Assembly: GCF_017876815.1 (NCBI RefSeq)
Contig: NZ_JAGIOS010000001.1
Span: 3,450,001-3,482,000, forward strand
Reading direction: 5' to 3'
Origin: Sinorhizobium meliloti
GTDB lineage: Bacteria; Pseudomonadota; Alphaproteobacteria; Rhizobiales; Rhizobiaceae
DNA: 32,000 nt
Shown: positions 16,521 through 25,104 of the stretch, one piece after another
How the letters are laid out: every line of letters begins with the position of its first letter
How positions within the stretch are numbered: position 1 is the first letter of the stretch
Position numbers and translations under genes: made by a program
The notes under the pieces: generated by a model
What the model saw: the letters and a program-made list of their open reading frames with translations, nothing else
Told to the model about the DNA's origin: nothing
Databases searched by the model: none

Positions 16521-17651
16521 TCACACCGGTGGCAGATCGCCGCGTTGCCAGCCTTCCATGGTCTCCGCCATGAAATCGGTATAGCGCCCTTCTTCGATAG
16601 CCTTGCGGATGCCGGCCATCAGCTCCTGATAATAGGCCAGATTGTTCCAGCTGAGCAGCATGCCGCCGAGCGATTCGTTTGAACGAATCAGGTGGTGCAG
16701 ATAGGCGCGCGAATAGTCGCGAGTCGCCGGACAGGAAGACTGTTCGTCGAGCGGGCGCGTGTCTTCCGCATGTCGGGCGTTGCGCAGATTGATGCGGCCG
16801 TAGCGCGTGAAGGCGAGGCCATGGCGTCCGGAGCGGGTCGGCATGACGCAGTCGAACATGTCGATCCCATGCGCGACGGACTTCAGGATATCGTCCGGCG
16901 TCCCGACGCCCATCAGATAGCGCGGCTTGTCGGCCGGCAGGACGGGGCAGGTCACGTCCAGCATGCCGAGCATGACCTCCTGCGGCTCACCGACGGCGAG
17001 ACCCCCAACGGCATAGCCCTTGAGGTCGAGATCCCTGAGTGCCAGGGCCGAGCGTTCGCGCAGCCTGGGAATGTCGCCGCCCTGTACGATCCCGAACATC
17101 GCCTTGCCAGGCTGATCGCCGAAGGCGACCTTGCAGCGCTCCGCCCAGCGCAGCGACATTTCCATCGCACGTTCGATTTCGTCGGGTTCCGCCGGCAGCG
17201 CCACGCATTCGTCGAGCTGCATCTGAATGTCGCTGCCGAGCAGGCCCTGGATCTCGATCGAGCGTTCCGGCGACATGTGATAGAGCGCGCCATCGACATG
17301 GCTCTTGAAGGTCACGCCCTGTTCGTTGAGCTTGCGCAAGCTCGACAGCGACATGACCTGGAAGCCGCCGCTGTCGGTCAGGATCGGCCGTTCCCAGCGG
17401 ATGAACTTGTGCAGCCCGCCAAGCCTGGCGACCCGTTCGGCGCCCGGGCGCAGCATCAGGTGATAGGTATTGCCCAGAATGATATCGGCGCCCAGATCGC
17501 GCACCTGGTCGAGATACATCGCCTTGACCGTGCCGACGGTACCGACCGGCATGAAGGCAGGCGTACGGATCGTCCCGCGGGGGGTCACGACTTCGCCGCG
17601 GCGCGCATTGCCGTCAGCCGCAAGCAGTTTGAATTGGAACGTCTCGGTCAT
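16521..17651 (-). CDS. tgt: tRNA-guanine transglycosylase (queuine tRNA-ribosyltransferase)
   Basis: 376 aa. [17 protein letters not shown] and VGGLAVGE motifs, plus the zinc site region typical of Tgt. Confidence 0.97.
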   Translation of the reverse strand: MTETFQFKLLAADGNARRGEVVTPRGTIRTPAFMPVGTVGTVKAMYLDQVRDLGADIILGNTYHLMLRPGAERVARLGGLHKFIRWERPILTDSGGFQVMSLSSLRKLNEQGVTFKSHVDGALYHMSPERSIEIQGLLGSDIQMQLDECVALPAEPDEIERAMEMSLRWAERCKVAFGDQPGKAMFGIVQGGDIPRLRERSALALRDLDLKGYAVGGLAVGEPQEVMLGMLDVTCPVLPADKPRYLMGVGTPDDILKSVAHGIDMFDCVMPTRSGRHGLAFTRYGRINLRNARHAEDTRPLDEQSSCPATRDYSRAYLHHLIRSNESLGGMLLSWNNLAYYQELMAGIRKAIEEGRYTDFMAETMEGWQRGDLPPV

Positions 17652-18734
17652 TTAATCTTTCCGGAAGAGCAGGCTCGAATCGCCGTAGGAATAGAAGCGG
17701 TAACCCGTTGCGATCGCGTGGGCATAGGCCGCGTGCATCGTTTCGAGCCCCGCAAACGCCGAGACCAGCATGAACAGGGTCGATTTCGGCAGGTGGAAAT
17801 TGGTCATCAGCATATCGACTGCGCGAAAGCGATAGCCCGGCGTGATGAAAATCCCGGTTGCGCCCGACCAAGGACGGATGTTCCCGTCTTCGGCGGCTGC
17901 GCTCTCGATCAGCCGAAGCGATGTCGTGCCGACACAGACGATGCGGCCGCCGCGTTCGCGCACGGCATTGAGCTTCGCAGCGGTCACCGGGTCGACGTGG
18001 CCGATTTCCTCGTGCATCACGTGGTCGGCGGTATCGTCTGCCTTGACCGGGAGGAAGGTTCCCGCACCTACATGCAGCGTGACGAAATACCGTTCGATCC
18101 CGCCTTCGTCGAGTTTGGCGAAAAGGCGGTCGGTGAAATGCAGCCCTGCAGTCGGCGCGGCTACCGCCCCCTCCTCGCGCGCATAGACGGTCTGGTAGTC
18201 GGTCCGGTCCTGCTCGTCGTCGGCACGCTTGGATGCGATGTAAGGCGGCAAGGGAATGTGTCCGACGGCCATGATCGCCTCATCGAGCGAGGGGCCCGAG
18301 AGATCGAAGCGAAGCGTCACCTCGCCGGCATCGCCTTTTTCCTCGACCACGGCCTCCAGCGAACCGAGCAGGCAGGCATTGCCGCCATGTCCGAAGCTGA
18401 TCCGGTCCCCGGGCTTCAATCGGCGGGCCGGGCGGGCGAAAGCTTTCCAGCGACTGGGTGCAACCCGCATATGCAGCGTCAGCGACACGGGCGTGCTTAT
18501 ATCCTCACCCCGGTAGCGAACGCCTTCGAGCTGCGCCGGTATGACCTTGGTGTCGTTGAAGACCAGCGCATCTCCCGGCCGCAGGAACGACGGCAGATCG
18601 AGGACGCCGCGATCTTCGAGAACCGGTGCGCCGTCGGGGCGAACGACGAGCATGCGGGCACTATCGCGCGGGCTTGCGGGCCTCAGCGCAATGGAATTTT
18701 CCGGCAGGTCGAAATCGAACAGGTCTACGCGCAT
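17652..18734 (-). CDS. queA: S-adenosylmethionine:tRNA ribosyltransferase-isomerase
   Basis: 360 aa. [21 protein letters not shown]-terminus, [10 protein letters not shown], and a [10 protein letters not shown] block. Its stop directly abuts the tgt start (TAAATG on the - strand). Confidence 0.97.
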   Translation of the reverse strand: MRVDLFDFDLPENSIALRPASPRDSARMLVVRPDGAPVLEDRGVLDLPSFLRPGDALVFNDTKVIPAQLEGVRYRGEDISTPVSLTLHMRVAPSRWKAFARPARRLKPGDRISFGHGGNACLLGSLEAVVEEKGDAGEVTLRFDLSGPSLDEAIMAVGHIPLPPYIASKRADDEQDRTDYQTVYAREEGAVAAPTAGLHFTDRLFAKLDEGGIERYFVTLHVGAGTFLPVKADDTADHVMHEEIGHVDPVTAAKLNAVRERGGRIVCVGTTSLRLIESAAAEDGNIRPWSGATGIFITPGYRFRAVDMLMTNFHLPKSTLFMLVSAFAGLETMHAAYAHAIATGYRFYSYGDSSLLFRKD

Positions 18735-18748
18735 CTATGGTATCAATT

Positions 18749-18789
18749 AAAAGCAAACCCGCCCCGGCGGCTCGCGCGATCGGGGCGGG
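18749..18789 (-). terminator. intrinsic terminator downstream of ppiB, 14 nt upstream of the queA start
   Basis: On the - strand: 9-bp GC stem cccgccccg/cggggcggg (18781-18789 / 18758-18766), followed by uuugcuuuuaauu. Confidence 0.55.
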
Positions 18790-18910
18790 CAGGTCAGTGC
18801 GCTACAGCGCCGCGCGTCTGACAAGACGCGCAAAGGCCGTAGCACTTCGAACCGCTGCATGTTCCGTCCTTGCATCGGGGACGATCCAAGGAAACATGCA
18901 GTAGCCCAGA

Positions 18911-19420
18911 TCAGGCGTCGGCGGCAACCCGCATCGAAACGATGGTATCCGGATCGCGGACCGGTTCGCCGCGCTTGATGTTGTCGATATTCTCCATTCC
19001 TTCGACGACCTGGCCCCAGACAGAATACTGCTTGTTGAGCCAGGGAGCATCGGTGAAGCAGATGAAGAACTGGGAATTGGCCGAGTTCGGCATCTGGCTG
19101 CGCGCCATGGAGCACGTTCCGCGCACGTGTGAAACATCGGAGAATTCGGCTTTCAGGTCCGGCTTGGAGGAGCCGCCCATGCCCGCACGGGACGGGTTGA
19201 ACTGCTCGCCGCCGGTCTTGCCGTATTGCACGTCGCCGGTCTGGGCCATGAAATCCTCGATCACGCGGTGAAAGACCACCCCGTCATAGGCGCCTTCACG
19301 CGTCAGCTCCTTGATGCGGGCGACATGGCCCGGAGCCACATCCGGCCGCAGCTCGATCACCACCCTGCCCTTTGTGGTTTCCATGATGATCGTGTTTTCC
19401 GGATCCTTGATCTCGGCCAT
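18911..19420 (-). CDS. ppiB: peptidyl-prolyl cis-trans isomerase, cyclophilin type (cytoplasmic)
   Basis: 169 aa. FHRVIEDFMAQTGD and NSANSQFFICF cyclophilin blocks. No signal peptide. Confidence 0.93.
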   Translation of the reverse strand: MAEIKDPENTIIMETTKGRVVIELRPDVAPGHVARIKELTREGAYDGVVFHRVIEDFMAQTGDVQYGKTGGEQFNPSRAGMGGSSKPDLKAEFSDVSHVRGTCSMARSQMPNSANSQFFICFTDAPWLNKQYSVWGQVVEGMENIDNIKRGEPVRDPDTIVSMRVAADA

Positions 19421-19445
19421 GATTCTTCTCCTTCTGTTTTCAGTC

Positions 19446-20018
19446 TTACCTGCCGACCTTAACGCTGATCATGCGGTCTGGATCGGCGACGGCACCATTA
19501 TTGGCGTCATCGCCGAGCTTAATCTTGTCGACATTCTCCATGCCTTCGACGACCTTGCCGACGACCGTGTATTGGCCGTTGAGGAAGTCACCGGGCGCGA
19601 GCATGATGAAGAACTGCGAGTTGGCGCTGTCGGGATCCTGCGCGCGGGCCATTCCGACGGTGCCGCGCTCGAAGGGAACGTCGGAGAACTCGGCCGGAAG
19701 GTTGGGCTTGGACGAGCCGCCGGTTCCGGCGCGGTCGCCCTGGAAACCGTCCTTCATGTCGCCGAATTCGACGTCGCCGGTCTGGGCCATGAAGCCCTTG
19801 ATGACACGATGAAAGGCGACATTGTCATATTCGCCTGCCGCGGCCAGTTCCTTGATCTGCTGGACGTGCTTCGGGGCGATATCCGGGCGCAACTCGATGA
19901 CGACGGGGCCGTCCTCGAGCTGAACCGTCAGGATATTTTCGCCGGACTGCGCCAGCGCACCTCCCGTGAAGGCGGCGAGCGCCAAGGCTCCGGCAACAGC
20001 GAATTGGAGAATCTTCAT
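19446..20018 (-). CDS. ppiA: peptidyl-prolyl cis-trans isomerase, cyclophilin type (periplasmic, signal peptide)
   Basis: MKILQFAVAGALALAAFTGGALA signal peptide followed by FHRVIKGFMAQTGD and NSANSQFFIM blocks. The start is taken at ATG 20018. Confidence 0.9.
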   Translation of the reverse strand: MKILQFAVAGALALAAFTGGALAQSGENILTVQLEDGPVVIELRPDIAPKHVQQIKELAAAGEYDNVAFHRVIKGFMAQTGDVEFGDMKDGFQGDRAGTGGSSKPNLPAEFSDVPFERGTVGMARAQDPDSANSQFFIMLAPGDFLNGQYTVVGKVVEGMENVDKIKLGDDANNGAVADPDRMISVKVGR

Positions 20019-20043
20019 TGGGACTCCTTGCGTGATGTAAAGC

Positions 20044-20535
20044 TTATTTGCGCTTCGCCTGCAGCGCCTGGTGAACCGCCCCAGGGACGAAAGCGCTGAC
20101 GTCACCGCCCATAGCCGCGATCTGCCGAACCAATGTGGCCGTAATGGGCCGGGAGGCGGTACCTGCCGGCAGGAACAGGGTCTGAATGTCAGGGGCCATC
20201 TGCCGGTTCATGCCCGCCATCTGCATCTCGTAGTCGAGGTCCGTTCCATCGCGGAGCCCCCGGACCAGCAGCCTTGCGCCGTGCTCGCGGGCGGCATCCA
20301 CCACCAGGTTGTCGAAAGAGACGACGGATATGTCGGCTGCCCTCTCCGGCAACGTCTCCTCAAGCGCGGCCCGGATGAGATCCGCCCTTTCGTCGAAGGA
20401 GAAAAGCGGTGCCTTGCCGGGATGAACGCCAATCGCGACGATGACTTTGGCTGCGACGTTCAATGCCTGCACGAGTACATCGAGATGCCCGTTGGTGATC
20501 GGATCGAAGGAGCCGGGATAGAAAGCCGTGGTCAT
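20044..20535 (-). CDS. coaD: phosphopantetheine adenylyltransferase
   Basis: [20 protein letters not shown] (nucleotidyltransferase T/HxGH), [21 protein letters not shown]. 163 aa from ATG 20535. Confidence 0.95.
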   Translation of the reverse strand: MTTAFYPGSFDPITNGHLDVLVQALNVAAKVIVAIGVHPGKAPLFSFDERADLIRAALEETLPERAADISVVSFDNLVVDAAREHGARLLVRGLRDGTDLDYEMQMAGMNRQMAPDIQTLFLPAGTASRPITATLVRQIAAMGGDVSAFVPGAVHQALQAKRK

Positions 20536-20760
20536 CGCGCCTGTTTCCGTTTGGTGAAGCCTTTTGTCACGGACGGCCGCGGACCGCAAGGGTTGTACGA
20601 TCCTTGCGCCCTGTTCCCCGGGAAACAGCGGCGGCAAAAGGCTGAATGCTAGATGAATGCAACGTTCAAGAGGGTTTCACACTGCAAGCCGTAACGTGAA
20701 CCCAAGTTAACGGGAACTTTTTTGAGTACATGCCGTTTAAACCGACGAAAGGAGACGGCC

Positions 20761-20892
20761 ATGGGACTTGCTCTATTTTCGATGGCGATGTTCTTCGCGA
20801 TGGTCGTTGCGACGATCCATGCGCTGCGAGACGAGGACCGTGACCGCGCGACCGTACTGTTGCCGCTGGCCGATAGACGCAGGCGGAAATGA
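20761..20892 (+). CDS. putative small single-TM protein (43 aa), below the ORF-track cut-off
   Basis: MGLALFSMAMFFAMVVATIHALRDEDRDRATVLLPLADRRRRK*. AAAGGAG SD 6 nt upstream. Hydrophobic N-terminus and charged tail. An intrinsic terminator lies ~110 nt downstream. Confidence 0.35.
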   Translation: MGLALFSMAMFFAMVVATIHALRDEDRDRATVLLPLADRRRRK

Positions 20893-21001
20893 CGAGTTCG
20901 AGTGTCGTCGCTTGCCACAGCTGAAACCAATGCCTCCAGGAAACTTCTCGCCGGAAGTTTCACAAGCGATCCCATTCTTCCCCTGATGCGATCGCTTCTA
21001 C

Positions 21002-21039
21002 AAGCCGGACGGTCTCCCCTGCCCGTCCGGCTTTTTCTT
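21002..21039 (+). terminator. rho-independent terminator
   Basis: 10-bp stem agccggacgg (21002-21011) / ccgtccggct (21022-21031), followed by tttttcttt. Confidence 0.55.
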
Positions 21040-21059
21040 TGCGCAGCTGCATATAGAAC

Positions 21060-21264
21060 AGAAAGCTCCAGCAACACGCCGATGCCGTTCAGAGCATGGG
21101 CGCGCCTTGTATCTTTTCGGTTCGACGGCTCGCGATGAGGCCCGTGCGGTATCAAGCAGTTCCTTGAGGAGAAGCTTTCCATAGAGGTGGATGTCACTAC
21201 TCGAAACAGCCTTCGTCCGATGCTCCGCACCGATATCGAGAAATCCGCGGTCCGCGTTTTCTAA
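21060..21264 (+). pseudogene. MNT-type nucleotidyltransferase antitoxin, degraded (frameshift plus internal deletion)
   Basis: Fragments are readable in two frames. One gives ...HGRALYLFGSTARDEARA. The other gives IKQFLEEKLSIEVDVTTRNSLRPMLRTDIEKSAVRVF* (stop 21262-21264). The usual DxD catalytic segment between them is missing. Confidence 0.55.
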
Positions 21265-21601
21265 TGGCCAAGCGCAAGGTTCTCGCCGAAATCCTGGAAG
21301 CCATCCACGGCATCGAGACTCATGCCGCCGGAAAGTCGCTGGGCGACTTTGAACGGGACTGGCTGTTGCGCCTCGCCATTCAGCGCGCTTTGGAAATCAT
21401 CTCGAAGCAACCCGCCACGTTCCAGACGAACTGCTGACGATCGCGCCGGATGTTCCATGGAAGCAGATTCGCGGCATCGGCAACATCCTGCGCCACGAAT
21501 ACCATCGGATTGCCGACGACGTTATATGGGTGGTTGTCACCGAACACATTACCCCGCTTGGGGTTGCTGTTGCAGCATATCGGCGACGAGCCACAGGCGT
21601 G
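21264..21601 (+). pseudogene. HepT (DUF86) toxin, frameshifted
   Basis: The ATG at 21264 overlaps the upstream stop (TAATG). Frame 1 reads MAKRKVLAEILEAIHGIETH...RLAIQRALEIIS and then hits a stop at 21435-21437. A different frame continues with EATRHVPDELLTIAPDVPWKQIRGIGNILRHEYHRIADDVIWVVV, which carries the RxxxxHxY HEPN motif. The shift lies near 21400-21410. Confidence 0.65.
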
Positions 21602-21652
21602 AGCGACCAGACGTCTCGCCAAACACCACCGCAACACGTTTCCAGCAATCTG

Positions 21653-23056
21653 CTAAGAAGCGGCCGGCGCCGCGCTCACCCTACGGAGCAGACGGAAGAA
21701 GCGCCAATTGAGCAGCAAGGCCGCAGACGCGAGCCCCAGGACAAAACCGAACCAGACGCCGACGCCGCCGAAACCCAGCGGAAAGGCAAAAGCCCAGGCG
21801 CAGAAGAAGCCGATCGGCCAATAGGCTATCATCGCCAGGATCATAGGTATGGTCGTGTCCTTGAGGCCGCGCAGCATGCCGGCGGCAATGGCCTGGAGGC
21901 CGTCGACGAGCTGGAAGGCGCCCGCGATGACGATCAGCGGTCCTGCAAAGGCGAGAACCTCGGCTGCATCGGGCCGCCTCGTATCGAGGTAGAGGCCGGC
22001 AAGCTCATGCGGGAACAGAGCGAAGATGGTGCTGCCGACGGCAGCAAAGCCGACGCCGAGCGTCAGCACGGCAATTGCGGCACGCTTCACGCCTACCATG
22101 TCGCCGCTGCCATAGGCCAATCCAATGCGCACCGTTCCGGCCTGCGCCAGGCCGAGCGGGATCATGAAGGCAATCGATGCGAACTGGAGTGCTATGCCAT
22201 GGGCAGCCAGTTCGATGGTTCCGATCGTGCCCATGAGCAGCGAAGCCACGGTAAACAGGCTGACTTCCGCGAGAATCGTCACCGAGATCGGAATGCCGAG
22301 ATGGACCACCTCTCCGAAAGCCGGCCAATCCGGCCGCCAGAAGCGGACGAACAGCTCGAAGCGATGCAGTTCCGGTTGCCGGCGGATATAGCCGATCGTC
22401 AACGCCGCACCGAGCAGCGCCACGCCGAGAGCGGCGACGGCCGCGCCGAAGATGCCCAGCTCCGGAAAACCGAAATGGCCGAAAATAAGGACATAGCAAA
22501 GCGCGGCGTTCAGAACCAATGTCACGAGCGTCACGTAGAGGATCACCCCTGCCCGCTCGAGCCCGCTCAAAAATGCCCTGAGGACCATGAAAATGAGGCT
22601 GGGAAAGATCGCCCACTGGGCGATATGCAGATATTCTCCGGCGAGCGCAGCGACCTCGGGTTTCTGGCCGGCAAAGAGAAGGATCGGCTCGGCCATCCAG
22701 AGGACCGGCGCAGTCAGCACGCCGTAAAGCAGCACCACCCACATGCCCATTCGTACCGAGCGCCGCACGGAGACCTGATCGCCCCGGCCCTGCGCCTGAG
22801 CGACCATGGGAACGACCGCATTAGCAAATCCGCTGCCGAAGATGAAGATCGTGAAGAAGACCTGCGTCGCGAGGATGATTGCCGCCAGCTGAGTGGCACC
22901 CAGCTGGCCGACCATGAGCACGTCCGTCGTATTGATCGCCAATTGGGCGAGCTGGGCGCCGATGAACGGCACGCCAAGATAGAGGCTCGCGCGAAAATGC
23001 GTGGGCCATGAATTGTCGCTCTGCGCAAGCACGAGGTCTTTGGTCGCGGTCAGCAT
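21653..23056 (-). CDS. MATE family efflux transporter (NorM-like)
   Basis: About 467 aa from ATG 23056 (MLTATKD...). The blocks LGVPFIGAQLAQLAINTTDVLMVGQLG and AQAQGRGD are typical of MATE, and the protein looks like a 12-TM type. Confidence 0.9.
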   Translation of the reverse strand: MLTATKDLVLAQSDNSWPTHFRASLYLGVPFIGAQLAQLAINTTDVLMVGQLGATQLAAIILATQVFFTIFIFGSGFANAVVPMVAQAQGRGDQVSVRRSVRMGMWVVLLYGVLTAPVLWMAEPILLFAGQKPEVAALAGEYLHIAQWAIFPSLIFMVLRAFLSGLERAGVILYVTLVTLVLNAALCYVLIFGHFGFPELGIFGAAVAALGVALLGAALTIGYIRRQPELHRFELFVRFWRPDWPAFGEVVHLGIPISVTILAEVSLFTVASLLMGTIGTIELAAHGIALQFASIAFMIPLGLAQAGTVRIGLAYGSGDMVGVKRAAIAVLTLGVGFAAVGSTIFALFPHELAGLYLDTRRPDAAEVLAFAGPLIVIAGAFQLVDGLQAIAAGMLRGLKDTTIPMILAMIAYWPIGFFCAWAFAFPLGFGGVGVWFGFVLGLASAALLLNWRFFRLLRRVSAAPAAS

Positions 23057-23224
23057 GAGGAATCCTGGCTCTGCACCGGCAATGGGCAAAGGGAAAAATG
23101 AAGAAGAGAGAACGAATTAGAGCACCACCAGGGCTTGCGCCAGCGGTAAAGGCCGAACTGCTCAATTTTTCATCGATTGATCAAGAAAATTGATCAATCT
23201 GCAGGCATGGAAGCAACGGACCGC

Positions 23225-23496
23225 TAGGACCTGTGGACACTTATGGATAGGGATTTGACGGCCCATATTGCGAGGGACTTTCGTGGAAAATCCGGCGCCG
23301 CAGGCCGTCCGCCTGCAAGCCGGATTTTTCGCGACAAGGCACCGCAATATGGGCCGCCCGAAGGGTTTTGCACAAATCGCCCACTGCCGGCGGCTTTTCC
23401 CTTGCAAAGGGGGCAACCCTTTGCTGCGGAAAAATCCTTGGCATTGACCGATTTGTGCAAAATCAAACCCCTATCCATAAGTGTCCACAGGTCCTA
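23225..23496. mobile_element. MITE-like non-coding element with perfect 28-bp terminal inverted repeats and two internal long hairpins
   Basis: taggacctgtggacacttatggataggg (23225-23252) is the exact reverse complement of 23469-23496. Internal perfect stems lie at 23259-23272/23343-23356 (14 bp), 23287-23296/23319-23328 (10 bp), 23366-23379/23449-23462 (14 bp) and 23404-23411/23417-23424 (8 bp). Confidence 0.6.
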
Positions 23497-23504
23497 AGCC
23501 TCCG

Positions 23505-24752
23505 TCACGCTCGCACGGCACCGCGGACGGCGCCTCCCCGGCCGGCGCCGACCTTGGCAAGGAAGATCACCAGCGCGGCGACGATCAAGCAGCCTGCCAG
23601 GGCATAGGGAGCGCCGGCAAAGCTATGGGCGGCTGCAGGGTCGGTGAAAAAGGCGAAAATCTGCGTGAACATCAGAGGTCCGAGGATCGTCGTAATGCTC
23701 GATATGCTGGTGAGCGCACCTTGCAGCTCGCCCTGTGCCGACGGCGGGACATGGACGGAGGCTATGCTGCGGAGCGGTGGATCGGCTAGGCTTTCGAGCG
23801 CGGTCGCGACGATCACCGCGTAGACCATCCACCCCTCCCAGGCGGCCGCATAGCCCGCCATCCCGAGGGCCGTGAAGGTGAGCCCGAGTGCCGCCGTTCG
23901 CCTTTCTCCCAGTGCCGGCACGACACGCGGGAGCACCAGCGCCATCACGATTGCGCCGCCGACGCCGAAGATCCCCAGCGAAAGCCCGATCTGCCCTTCG
24001 CTCCACCCGTAGCGATAGGAGCCGACGAAGGACCAGACGGCCGGGTAGACGGCGTGAGCCAGCCAGTAGAGGAAGAAGACGAGGCCTACCCAGCCGATGC
24101 CCGGGTAATGGCGCATCTGCTTGAGCGCGCCGAGCGGGTTTGCCCGGTGCCATTCGAAGCGCCGCCGGTTGGCCGGGGCGAGCGTCTCGGGCAGGAGAAA
24201 GACCCCCATGATGAAATTGAGGAATGAAAGCGCTGCCGCACCATAAAAGGGCACTCTCGGGCCCAATTCGCCGAGGAAACCTCCGATGACCGGGCCGAGC
24301 GCAAAACCGGTGCCGAAGGCAATGCCGATCAGCCCGAAGTTCTTGGCGCGATTCTCATCGTCGCTGACATCGGCAATGTAGGCGGATGCCGTGCCGAAGC
24401 TCGCGCCGCTGATGCCGGCAAGGCTGCGCCCGATGAAGAGCATCCAATAGCTGGTCGCAAGCGCGCAGATCAGGTTGTCGAGCGCAAAGGTCAGCACGGA
24501 CGCAAGCAGGACCGGCCGACGCCCGAATCGATCGCTCAGATTCCCGATAAGCGGTGCGAAGAGAAACTGCATCGCCGAGTAGACGAGCAACAGCCATCCA
24601 CCGTCGACCGCGGCCTCGCCGATATCCGCGCCGGTCAGTTCCTCGAGATAGGTCGGCAACACCGGCACGATGATCGCGATGCCCATGATGTCGAGGAAGA
24701 GAATGAGGAAGACGAGGAACAGACCGCGTCTCACGAATTTCTTGTCGAGCAT
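23505..24752 (-). CDS. TCR/Tet-family MFS efflux transporter (TetA-like)
   Basis: MLDKKFVRRGLFLVFLILFLDIMGIAIIVPVLP N-terminus and motif A GNLSDRFGRRPVLL. 415 aa from ATG 24752. Confidence 0.9.
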   Translation of the reverse strand: MLDKKFVRRGLFLVFLILFLDIMGIAIIVPVLPTYLEELTGADIGEAAVDGGWLLLVYSAMQFLFAPLIGNLSDRFGRRPVLLASVLTFALDNLICALATSYWMLFIGRSLAGISGASFGTASAYIADVSDDENRAKNFGLIGIAFGTGFALGPVIGGFLGELGPRVPFYGAAALSFLNFIMGVFLLPETLAPANRRRFEWHRANPLGALKQMRHYPGIGWVGLVFFLYWLAHAVYPAVWSFVGSYRYGWSEGQIGLSLGIFGVGGAIVMALVLPRVVPALGERRTAALGLTFTALGMAGYAAAWEGWMVYAVIVATALESLADPPLRSIASVHVPPSAQGELQGALTSISSITTILGPLMFTQIFAFFTDPAAAHSFAGAPYALAGCLIVAALVIFLAKVGAGRGGAVRGAVRA

Positions 24753-24886
24753 GAAGCTCTCTCCCCGCTTTCCGCCGGAGCGGAGACAGAACGTGAACGA
24801 CGTTACCAGAATAGGTGTAACGGCTTGCCTGGTCCGAAACAATACGTGAACATGTCAAAGTTTCTGATCATACCGATCGGTTGTAC

Positions 24887-25075
24887 TTATAGCTCGCATT
24901 CGCCTCCGCGTGCATCATTGCCTCGCCGCTCCGACTTCAGGAAGTCCACGAAGGCGCGCAAAGGGCGCCGGGAGGTGCCGGCGACCCGCATGGTAGAGGA
25001 ATGGTCCGGGAAAGGCGGTTCGGAAGCACAGCTCATGCACATGGACAGTGAGCGGCGGAAATGACGGAGAATCGC
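24887..25075 (-). pseudogene. possible C-terminal remnant of a LysR-type regulator (frameshifted fragment)
   Basis: Two - strand frames read ...FPGPFLYHAGRRHLPAP and then RPLRAFVDFLKSE...* in succession. This resembles the conserved LysR C-terminus (VYP.RR.L...RAF.DFL). No N-terminal HTH part is present. Confidence 0.3.
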
Positions 25076-25104
25076 CGGACGGGCTGCCCGGTCCGGTGAT
25101 GTGA

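Noticed and set aside
16692-18821. 709-aa ORF on the + strand
   Set aside because: It is antisense to tgt and queA, both clearly identified. It is a shadow ORF of high-GC DNA.
20649-21230. 193-aa - strand ORF
   Set aside because: It spans the small + strand ORF, an intrinsic terminator and the MNT remnant. It is Arg/Ser-rich with no SD and no motif.
21530-23011. 493-aa ORF on the + strand
   Set aside because: Its first ~25 codons are the tail of the frameshifted HepT remnant. The rest is antisense to the MATE transporter and is extremely charged and low-complexity.
23224-23497. Mirror-image 84-aa ORFs on both strands (both ending ...LSISVHRS)
   Set aside because: Their identical C-termini simply reflect the perfect terminal inverted repeats of the MITE-like element. 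They are not evidence of coding.
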